Shown: positions 1 through 7,004 of the stretch, piece after piece
Layout of the letters: each line of letters begins with the position of its first letter
Numbering within the stretch: the stretch's first letter is position 1
Source: a bacterium
Lineage (GTDB): Bacteria > Krumholzibacteriota > Krumholzibacteriia > G020349025
Direction: 5' to 3'
DNA: 23,913 nucleotides
NCBI GenBank assembly: GCA_031362565.1
Contig: JANLSU010000086.1
Location: 1-23,913 of the forward strand
The notes under the pieces: model-generated
Seen by the model: only the letters and a program-made list of their open reading frames with translations
Database searches by the model: none
What the model was told of the DNA's origin: nothing
Translations under genes and position numbers: made by a program

Positions 1-3
1 CTT

Positions 4-27
4 GCGGCCCCGTCAGGACGGGGTCGC
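4..27. terminator. GC-rich stem-loop just 3' of the micro-ORF (terminator or mRNA-stabilising hairpin)
   Basis: GCGGCCCCGTC-AG-GACGGGGTCGC inverted repeat 11 nt after the TAA at 39-41. No U-tract is visible on the minus strand (followed by AAG, then the window edge). Confidence 0.5.
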
Positions 28-38
28 GGTGCGCCGGA

Positions 39-107
39 TTAGCGTCCGAACGGCACGTAGCGGGGCGCGATGCGCTTCTCCAGCTTGATGATCGACAGGT
101 TCTTCAT
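39..107 (-). CDS. 22-aa small peptide MKNLSIIKLEKRIAPRYVPFGR; putative precursor or signalling peptide
   Basis: Shine-Dalgarno GGAGGTGA (119-112) just upstream of ATG at 107, GC3-rich codons, a sigma54 promoter upstream and a hairpin downstream. An in-frame ATG at 149 sits next to the predicted TSS, so a leaderless 36-aa variant is possible. Confidence 0.75.
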   Translation of the reverse strand: MKNLSIIKLEKRIAPRYVPFGR

Positions 108-160
108 CTCGTCACCTCCGGCGGCCTTTAAAAGGTTCATCGTTTCCATGGATTCCCTAT

Positions 161-177
161 TGCACCCAACATGCCAG
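161..177 (-). promoter_or_regulatory. sigma54 (RpoN) -24/-12 promoter for the micro-ORF
   Basis: Minus strand reads CTGGCATGTTGGGTGCA: GG(175-174)-N10-GC(163-162), matching TGGCAC-N5-TTGCW spacing. Predicted +1 is near 150. It lies next to a GAFTGA-containing activator gene. Confidence 0.75.
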
Positions 178-222
178 CAGGAGGACCCGTGGTTCCGAGT
201 TGGGGCGTGCGCTGTAATCAAT

Positions 223-231
223 TGTGGATAA
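223..231 (-). promoter_or_regulatory. Perfect DnaA-box sequence (single copy; function unproven)
   Basis: TGTGGATAA on + equals TTATCCACA on -, inside an AT-rich patch upstream of the sigma54 promoter. Confidence 0.25.
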
Positions 232-374
232 ATACGTTAACAAACTAGATCGAGGTCCGACGGGAGTCGGCGGGATGACCGACCGAAGCAGCTTCCGTCA
301 ACTAGAGGCGACACAACATCGCAAATTACTTGAGATGATCGGTCTTATTATTTGGGATATGTGAGTATACCAGG

Positions 375-404
375 CGTCAATCGGTTTGTCGTCAATCCGA
401 GACA
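375..404. promoter_or_regulatory. Candidate enhancer (UAS) for a Fis-family activator
   Basis: Direct repeat CGTCAATC at 375-382 and 390-397, plus palindrome TGTC-N10-GACA (387-404), about 200-230 bp upstream of the -24 element and separated from it by AT-rich DNA. It overlaps the activator stop codon. Confidence 0.35.
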
Positions 405-2065
405 GATTGCTCTTTTGATGACGTCTTTCGAGGACTGCGTCGCGGCTCCACGACGATGCCGTGGTTTTTCTTCAGAGTGTGGAGGTACTGGCGAGAAACT
501 CCCAGGCGCTGGGCGGCTGCGAGCACGTTCCCGTCGCATTCCTCCAGCGCATTTTGGATGGCCTGGCGTTCGACTTCCGCCAAGATTTCGCGGAGGGAGC
601 CTTTCCCGAGATCTCGGCGACCGCCTTCCGGGGGCTCTTCGGAGGTCAGGAACTCGCCGGTCAGCGTCGCGTCCGGGTCGGCGAGCGCCACCGCCTGATG
701 GATGCAGTTTTCGAGTTGGCGCACGTTGCCGGTCCAGTCTCGGGCGAGCAGCCAACGCAGGGCGCTGGGCGCCAGTTCAAGGTTTCCCTTGTCGTACTGC
801 GCCGCGAATCGCCGCGTGAACGCCTCGGCAAGGAGCAGCAGGTCATTGCCGCGTTCGCGTAACGGCGGGACACGAATATTCACCACCCGGAGGCGGAAAT
901 AGAGATCGTCGCGGAATTCTCCGAGTCGAATCTTCTCTTGAAGGTCCTTGTTCGTCGCGGCGATCACCCGTACATCGATCTTGCGATCCTGGGATTCGCC
1001 GAGACGCCGAATCTCGCGCTCCTGCAGCACGCGCAACAGTTGCGGTTGCAAGGTTAGCGGCAATTCGGCGATCTCGTCAATAAACAGCGTGCCGCCGTTC
1101 GCCGTTTCGAACAATCCAAGCCGGTCCTCGATCGCACCCGTGAACGCGCCCCTCTTGTGGCCGAACAGTTCGCTCCCGAACAACTCAGCGTGCAAGGAGC
1201 CCGCATTCACCGCGACGAACGGCCCGGTCCGCCGCGGGCTGTTCAAGTGCAGCGCCCGTGCGACGAGTTCCTTGCCTGTACCGGTTTCACCAAGCACGAG
1301 CACGCTGACAGCCGACCTCGCAGCTCGGTCGATAATTTCGAACAAACGCTCCATGGCCGGACTCGCCCCGACCATGGAATCGAAAACCGGTTTGCCGGCA
1401 ATTTGGCGCCGCAGACTCTCGTTCTCGGCTTCGAGCCGAGTCTTGTTGGCAAGCAGCTCGCTGTGGCGGCGGGCATTTTCGATGGCGAGTGCGGCTTGTG
1501 CTGCAAAGGACTCGAGCAGCACCCGGTCGCTCGCGTCCAGTGCGCGCCCCGGCTTGCGGCTATCGGTGTAACAAACGCCGAGCACGCGTCCACTCGCAAC
1601 AAGCGGCAGGCACGCATAGCTGCGCAATTGGAGCAGGTGGATGCTGTCGCGAATGCCAACCGAACCTTGCGTCAACACGTCTTCCACATACAACGCGTTC
1701 GCCGAATCGGCAACACTGCGGATCGTGCTGTGCGGAATCGCGAATGTTCCGCTGTCGACCTGTCCGGCCGCAGTCCCGTGGGACGCGCTCAATTCGAGTT
1801 CGCCTTGCGCATCGAACAGCAGCAGTGAGCCGCGTTCGGCTGCGGTGATTTCAACGAAGGCTTCGATGACGGTTTGCAAGAGCGGCTGCAGGTCGAGAAT
1901 CGAGGTGACTTCGCGCGCCAAGCGCATGACGTCGCGAAGTGCCGCGTTCAGGTCCTCGGCGGGCCGCGACGCCGCGGCGTGTTCGACGCTTGCCGCCGCG
2001 CCAGTCACGCGTCTCACATGGTCGCTGAGGATCTCCGCGGACCGGGTCGGCTTGCCGTCTGGCAT
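392..2065 (-). CDS. sigma54-dependent enhancer-binding protein (GAF + AAA+ + Fis-type HTH), 557 aa
   Basis: RBS GAGGAGG before ATG 2065. N-terminal GAF domain (ERGSLLL...YACLPL...GVCYTD...FAAQAALAIENAR). Walker A GETGTGKE, ELFGHKRGAFTGA, FIDEI, RVIAATN, FRDDLYFRL, WTGNVRQLEN. C-terminal HTH AAQRLGVSRQYL. Confidence 0.95.
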   Translation of the reverse strand: MPDGKPTRSAEILSDHVRRVTGAAASVEHAAASRPAEDLNAALRDVMRLAREVTSILDLQPLLQTVIEAFVEITAAERGSLLLFDAQGELELSASHGTAAGQVDSGTFAIPHSTIRSVADSANALYVEDVLTQGSVGIRDSIHLLQLRSYACLPLVASGRVLGVCYTDSRKPGRALDASDRVLLESFAAQAALAIENARRHSELLANKTRLEAENESLRRQIAGKPVFDSMVGASPAMERLFEIIDRAARSAVSVLVLGETGTGKELVARALHLNSPRRTGPFVAVNAGSLHAELFGSELFGHKRGAFTGAIEDRLGLFETANGGTLFIDEIAELPLTLQPQLLRVLQEREIRRLGESQDRKIDVRVIAATNKDLQEKIRLGEFRDDLYFRLRVVNIRVPPLRERGNDLLLLAEAFTRRFAAQYDKGNLELAPSALRWLLARDWTGNVRQLENCIHQAVALADPDATLTGEFLTSEEPPEGGRRDLGKGSLREILAEVERQAIQNALEECDGNVLAAAQRLGVSRQYLHTLKKNHGIVVEPRRSPRKTSSKEQSVSD

Positions 2066-2137
2066 CGGACCTCCTCGAAACGGCGGCTCGCGCCACCCAT
2101 TGGGGCAATGGTGGCAATCAAGCGCATGGACACCTTC

Positions 2138-2166
2138 AGTATAGCGCACCCGGCACGAACCGTCGC
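2138..2166 (-). promoter_or_regulatory. Possible sigma70-type promoter for the activator gene
   Basis: -10 TATACT (2143-2138) with a weak -35 GCGACG at 17-nt spacing. Confidence 0.3.
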
Positions 2167-2310
2167 GCCGATGGCCGATGCCGGATGGTTGCGTACCGTT
2201 CGGAACCCAGGCGGCAGCGCCAAGAGCCGAAACCCACCGCGCGGCGCCGCGCCGGACCACGCCCAGCGTGCGTCCAGGCACTGCGTTGCCGGCCCCCCGC
2301 CGGCGCCCCC

Positions 2311-2327
2311 CTGGCACGGATGTTGTT
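2311..2327 (+). promoter_or_regulatory. Candidate sigma54 promoter for the kinase operon
   Basis: CTGGCACGGATGTTGTT: consensus -24 TGGCACG with correct spacing, but -12 reads TTGT rather than TTGC. It lies about 80 bp upstream of ATG 2407. Confidence 0.5.
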
Positions 2328-2406
2328 GGTGTGTTTGAGGATCGCCAGGTGCGCGGCCTGCGCACCGCGAGCCGGAACGGCGCTTTCCCGCGGGCTTGGA
2401 GCCAGC

Positions 2407-5400
2407 ATGTTGTTCGACGCTACGAACCGTTACCGCCCGGAGCGCGAAATTGGCCGCGGCCGGCGCGCCGTGGTGACGGCAGCGGAAGACACCTGGCTCG
2501 GGCGGCGGGTAGCGCTCAAGCGCGCCCTCGACCCGCAGGATGATGCGCTCCTCATCGAGGAAGCCCAACGCTTGGCGCGCGTCGCCAACCCCTGTGTCGT
2601 CCAACTCCTCGACCTCGTTCCCGGGCCACCCGTGACCCTCGTCCTCGAGCTCCTGCAAGGCGAGACGCTGCGCGCCCGCGTCGTGCAAATCGGACGCCTG
2701 CCGCTCGAAACGGTGGACGGCTTGTTGTTGCGGATGTTCGACGCGTTCGAAGCGCTGGACAGTGCGGGGATCGTACATGGCGACGTGAAACCCGAGAACA
2801 TCTGGATGACGGCCGACGGTGGCCTGAAGCTGTTGGACGTCGGTGCCGCCGGCGATGCGACGGCCCTGTACGCGGCGCCCGAAATCGCCCTCGGCGGCAC
2901 CGCGACCTCGACCACCGATCTCTACGCGGCGGCGACGGTGGCCTGGGAGCTACTGGCCGGGCGGCTGCCGTTCGATGCAACCGATGCAACCGAACTCGCG
3001 CTCCGCAAGCGCACGCGTGCAGCGCCCAGTCTGGATCAGGCCGGCGCGCCCGTTCCGGCCGGCGTCGAGGCATGGTTCACGCGCGCCCTCGCCATCGATC
3101 CGGCGCAGCGATTCGGCAGCGCGCGCGACGCGCGCCAGGCGTGGCGCACGGCAATCGGCGTCCGATTCGCAGCGGTCTCGCCGGCCGTGCGTTCGAGCGT
3201 CGATCTCTATCCCGAGGCACGCCGCCGGGTGTTGGACGCCGACCAACTGACGCGTCCTGGTTCCGGCGGCACGATCGTCGTGCAGGCGCTGCCGGGAGCC
3301 GGCGCGAGCACGTTCCTGCTCGACGTGGCCCAAGCTTGCCAACGTGCCGGGTCGGACGTCGTGTTCCTGCGCCGCGCAGTCGCGCGGCGGCACGCGGCCT
3401 GGGGCGACTTTCGAGCTGCCGCCCGCCGGGCGCGCCGCATCGGTATTGCCCTTCCGGCGCCGCGGCCGCACGCCGCGGAAGAGATGCAGCAGGACCGCGT
3501 GGCGGCTGCACTTCGCAAGCGGGCTCGCACCCGGCATGTCGTCGTGTGTGCCGACGATCCCGCCACCTGCGACGGGCCAACGCGCCGGCTGTTCCTGCGC
3601 CTCGCGGCGGACGCGGCCCCGGGGGGCTGGACTTGCGTGGCGACCGTCCCCAGTGTCAGCGCGGGCCGCATCGCCGCACGGACTCGGGACGCGCTCACCG
3701 CAAGCGCCCAGACCGTGACAGGCCTGGAATCACCGGATCCGGCTGCCTGGCGCGCCTTCCTCGCCCTGCGTCTCAAAACCAGTGATGTCAGTGACGCGCT
3801 GGCGGCGCACGTGCGCGGCCGCACGCATGCAAACCCGAGCCTGGCGGTTGCGGTTCTACACGAGCTTTGTGAGAGCGACGCGCTGCGCCCGGCCGACGGT
3901 GGATGGATGTTCCGGCCCGAGCGCGCCGGCGACGGCCTGCCGGCAGCCGCAGTACGAATCCTCGGCCGGGTTCTTGCCGGACTGACGCCCGAGCGCCGCG
4001 GACTGTTGCGCGTCGCCGCGTTGCACGGTGGCAGTTTCGCAGCGTCGACGGTCGCGCCAGCCGCCGGCTGGCCGGCGGCGGATGTCGAGGCCGCGTTGCA
4101 CGAGATCGGGCTCGAGCGCCGGTGCCTCGAATCCGATGGCCCGCGATGGCGCTTCGCTCCACCGCTCCTCGCGACGCTCTTGGCGGCCGAGTTGCCGGCC
4201 GCGTCACGCCGCGAGTTGCACCACCGGTGCGCCGAGATCCTAAGCGGCGTGGGTGCCGACGATGATGCGATCGGCATGCATTGGTTCCTCGCCGGTGAGT
4301 TGGAACAGGCGCTCCCCGCCTTGCAGCGGGCCGGACACGCGGCATTGACCACTGGCAACGCGGAATTGGCGGCGCGCTGTTTCGGCTGGGCGTGCGAAGC
4401 GGCCGAGGCGCAGATCGAGGATGAAACCGGTGCGGCGCGACGCGTCGAGCTCGGACTGGCGCACGCCCAGGCGTTGCACGCCCTCGCGGCATGGGATGCA
4501 GCCGGCGTCCAGTTGGACACCAGTCTGACCTTGGCGCGGGCGTGGGGACTCGACGCGGCCGAAATACGCGGCTTGCGCGCCGGCGGTCAAATGGAATATG
4601 CGCGTAGCCGGTTCGACGAGGCCGTGGCGCGCTACGCCGCCGCACAGGAGTGTGCGTCGCGCCTCGGGGACGAGCACGAACTGCACGAACTCGCCCTCCA
4701 AATCGGCAATATCCATTTCGAACGCGGTGATCTAGACGCTGCCGCCGCCGAGTACCAGCGCACGCTGGACTACGCGACGGCACACGCCGATCTCGACCTG
4801 GAGGCACGCGCCGCCAACAACGTTGGGCTCGTGGAGAGCATCCAAGGGCGCAAGGAACAAGCCGTTCAATTCTTCAACCGCAGCCTGCAGGGATTCACCG
4901 CGCTCGGGCGCGGTGCGGCCGTGGCCCGCCTCTACCAGAATATCGGCATGATCTACCTCGAACTCGCCAACTGGGCCGAGGCGCGTAATTTCTTTCGCCG
5001 CTGCATGGAAGAGAGCGAGCGCCACGGTGAACCGGCGCTGCTCGCGGTGTCGTGCCTCGACTTTGCGGAAGCGACATTTCAACTCGGCGCCCATGCAGAA
5101 GCAGCACCGGCACTGACGCGCGCGCTGACGATTTGCCGTGAGCGCGGCGACGAGATAGGCGTGGCGAATGCAATGCGCTTGCAGGCGCAACTCGCCGCCC
5201 ATGCCGGCGACATGGCCGGTGCGGAACAACTTTTGATCGATGCCATCGGCAAGCTGGAGGTATTGGGCCAGGCGCTGCACCTTGGGCAGTGCTGGAAAGA
5301 TCTCGGCGCGCTGCGCCTGCGCGCCGGGCAGCGCGTCGCGGCCTTGCAGGCGCTCGACGAGGCCCAGCGGCGTTTCGGACCGCTCGACGCCGCCCAGCAC

Positions 5401-5460
5401 ACTGCAGAAGTCGAGGCATTACGCGCGCGCTGCCGAGAGGAGTCTGTGTGCCACCCGTGA
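2407..5460 (+). CDS. Hanks-type Ser/Thr protein kinase fused to a degenerate P-loop (STAND/AAA_16-like) domain and MalT-like TPR repeats, 1017 aa
   Basis: GGAG RBS before ATG 2407. Kinase motifs IGRGRRAVV, VALK, HGDVKPENI, DVG, YAAPE, DLYA, GRLPF. Central ALPGAGASTF, VVVCADD and RTHANP. C-terminal TPR-like helices (LQIGNIHFERG, ANNVGLV, YQNIGMIY). No transmembrane segment seen. Confidence 0.9.
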   Translation: MLFDATNRYRPEREIGRGRRAVVTAAEDTWLGRRVALKRALDPQDDALLIEEAQRLARVANPCVVQLLDLVPGPPVTLVLELLQGETLRARVVQIGRLPLETVDGLLLRMFDAFEALDSAGIVHGDVKPENIWMTADGGLKLLDVGAAGDATALYAAPEIALGGTATSTTDLYAAATVAWELLAGRLPFDATDATELALRKRTRAAPSLDQAGAPVPAGVEAWFTRALAIDPAQRFGSARDARQAWRTAIGVRFAAVSPAVRSSVDLYPEARRRVLDADQLTRPGSGGTIVVQALPGAGASTFLLDVAQACQRAGSDVVFLRRAVARRHAAWGDFRAAARRARRIGIALPAPRPHAAEEMQQDRVAAALRKRARTRHVVVCADDPATCDGPTRRLFLRLAADAAPGGWTCVATVPSVSAGRIAARTRDALTASAQTVTGLESPDPAAWRAFLALRLKTSDVSDALAAHVRGRTHANPSLAVAVLHELCESDALRPADGGWMFRPERAGDGLPAAAVRILGRVLAGLTPERRGLLRVAALHGGSFAASTVAPAAGWPAADVEAALHEIGLERRCLESDGPRWRFAPPLLATLLAAELPAASRRELHHRCAEILSGVGADDDAIGMHWFLAGELEQALPALQRAGHAALTTGNAELAARCFGWACEAAEAQIEDETGAARRVELGLAHAQALHALAAWDAAGVQLDTSLTLARAWGLDAAEIRGLRAGGQMEYARSRFDEAVARYAAAQECASRLGDEHELHELALQIGNIHFERGDLDAAAAEYQRTLDYATAHADLDLEARAANNVGLVESIQGRKEQAVQFFNRSLQGFTALGRGAAVARLYQNIGMIYLELANWAEARNFFRRCMEESERHGEPALLAVSCLDFAEATFQLGAHAEAAPALTRALTICRERGDEIGVANAMRLQAQLAAHAGDMAGAEQLLIDAIGKLEVLGQALHLGQCWKDLGALRLRAGQRVAALQALDEAQRRFGPLDAAQHTAEVEALRARCREESVCHP

Positions 5461-6320
5461 ACGACACGTCCCTATCGCCGGGAAACGGCGAAGTCGAAGC
5501 GTTGCAGCGCGAAAACGAGGCGCTGCTGCGCGAGCTGGAGAATACCTACGCGCAGCTCGCAGCCGTGCTGCAGGTTTCGCAGGACGAGACCCGGATTGCG
5601 TACGCCGAACTGGAAGAAAAACTGGTCATTCAGGAGAAAAAGCTGGTCGAACTGGCGTTCTTGGGCGGCGCGGTTGAAGCGTTGCTCGAGGAACGCGACC
5701 TCGACCATCTGCGCCGCCTGGTGCTCGACAAGATCTGCCTGCTGGTGCCGGTCGACCTCGCGGTTCTGGTGTTGCTGCCCGGTTCGGACTCGAGCCTGCA
5801 ACGTGAACGCGATGTGGTGCGCGCCGTGACCAACGACCGCGCCCGCCAAGAGGCCTTCGAGTCCGTCGAGCGGCGGGTCGAGCAAGGCGGCCGGGCTGTG
5901 TGGCTCGTGCCCGACCTCGAGGCGGATGCGAGCGCCGCTCCCTTGCGGTTGCGGCCGGACGCGAACTCAGCGGCTTGTCTGGCGCTCAGGGCCGGCGGGC
6001 ACCTGCTGGGGCTGCTCGTGCTGAATGGCCGGCTGCGAGCCAGTTTTCGCGACGATCAGGAGCCGTTGTTCGGCACCTTCGCACACCATGCGGCGGCGGC
6101 GCTGGCGAACGGCCTCGAAATCCGGCGCCATCGCTTGGTGATCGCCGAACTTTTGCAGCGCCACAGCTTGCCGGCGAGTGATCTGCAAGTCGCGGCGCGC
6201 GCCGCCCTGGCGCCCGTCGGCAACCGCGCGCTGGACACCGTCAACCGCGTCCTTGGGACGCTGGACTCCACCTGGGAACCACCGTCGGTGGCCATTCCCG
6301 CTCCCCGGGAGAAGGCATGA
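5448..6320 (+). CDS. Coiled-coil + GAF-domain protein without a recognisable output domain, about 290 aa
   Basis: GAGGAG RBS then GTG 5448 (alternative GTG 5457 overlaps the kinase stop). Heptad-rich N-terminus. GAF signature WLVPDL...SAACLAL...LLGLLVLN...FRDDQEPLFGTFAHHAAAALAN. Confidence 0.8.
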   Translation: MPPVNDTSLSPGNGEVEALQRENEALLRELENTYAQLAAVLQVSQDETRIAYAELEEKLVIQEKKLVELAFLGGAVEALLEERDLDHLRRLVLDKICLLVPVDLAVLVLLPGSDSSLQRERDVVRAVTNDRARQEAFESVERRVEQGGRAVWLVPDLEADASAAPLRLRPDANSAACLALRAGGHLLGLLVLNGRLRASFRDDQEPLFGTFAHHAAAALANGLEIRRHRLVIAELLQRHSLPASDLQVAARAALAPVGNRALDTVNRVLGTLDSTWEPPSVAIPAPREKA

Positions 6321-6604
6321 GCTGCTCGCGTTGCCGTTTCGAGGCGGTTCTCGAGACCGACAAGTTCTGTATCCGCTGTGGTTCGCGATTGCTGGCCATG
6401 GACGATCAGGCCGACGCCCTGTTGATGACCCAACGCGTCATGCACGCCGCCGAAGTCCATTACCGGCTCGGCAATGTCTACTTCCGCAAGGGTGACATCG
6501 ACCAAGCCATCTCGTCGTGGAAGCAGGCGTTGAGCATCGATCCGGGATTCGAAGCCGCGCGCCAGATGATCGACAAGGTGCGCGGCATCAAGCCGCTTTC
6601 GTGA
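6317..6604 (+). CDS. Zn-ribbon + single TPR protein, 95 aa
   Basis: ATGA overlap with the upstream gene. CSRC...FCIRCG zinc ribbon. TPR AEVHYRLGNVYFRKGDIDQAISSWKQALSIDPGF. Confidence 0.85.
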   Translation: MSCSRCRFEAVLETDKFCIRCGSRLLAMDDQADALLMTQRVMHAAEVHYRLGNVYFRKGDIDQAISSWKQALSIDPGFEAARQMIDKVRGIKPLS

Positions 6605-6614
6605 GGAGGAAACC

Positions 6615-6998
6615 ATGCTCGCACTCTGCCCCGCATGCGCCCACGAGAACCGTAACGGTGCCTTCTTTTGCGCTCAATGCGGCAGCAAATTGCATTTCGC
6701 GGCGGGGCCTTGCGGCCGCCTCGTGCGGATGAACGGTCCGCAACAGGATCGCCGCATCGAACTCGCGGGTCCGGTGTGTGTGATCGGGCGCGACCCGAGT
6801 ACCAGCGTCCGCCTCGAGGAAGAGTCGATTTCGAAACAACACGCGCGGCTGACGCAGAACGGCGACTCGTTCCAAATCGAAGATCTCGAGAGCTCCAACG
6901 GCACGTTCGTGAACGGCCGGCGGATTCGCGACCGGGTCGAAATCAAACCCGGCGATCTGTTGCGGGTCGGATCGGTGATCTTGAAGCTCGAGGTCTAG
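6615..6998 (+). CDS. Zn-ribbon + FHA (phosphothreonine-binding) protein, 127 aa
   Basis: RBS GAGGAGG. CPAC...FCAQCG zinc ribbon. FHA motifs IGRD, ISKQHA, DLESSNGTFVNG, GDLLRVG. Confidence 0.92.
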   Translation: MLALCPACAHENRNGAFFCAQCGSKLHFAAGPCGRLVRMNGPQQDRRIELAGPVCVIGRDPSTSVRLEEESISKQHARLTQNGDSFQIEDLESSNGTFVNGRRIRDRVEIKPGDLLRVGSVILKLEV

Positions 6999-7004
6999 CC
7001 GAGC

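Noticed and set aside
108..149. Apparent double-glycine leader (LLKAAGG) in the extended ORF
   Set aside because: The GG codons are simply the Shine-Dalgarno GGAGGT, and the match to the double-Gly consensus is poor.
39..221. 60-aa ORF-track version of the micro-ORF
   Set aside because: Its start lies upstream of the sigma54 promoter and lacks an RBS. ATG 107 has a strong SD.
215..390. Replication origin (AT-rich DNA plus DnaA box)
   Set aside because: Only one DnaA box and no dnaA, dnaN or gidA context. The region is better explained as a sigma54 upstream region.
2150..2290. Other GGCAC sigma54-like sites (near 2151 and 2276)
   Set aside because: GG-to-GC spacing is 11 or 9 nt rather than the required 10.
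2066..2406. N-terminal extensions of the activator (to 2365) and the kinase (from 2185)
   Set aside because: They overlap each other, are low-complexity Arg/Gly/Pro-rich, and better RBS-supported starts exist at 2065 and 2407.
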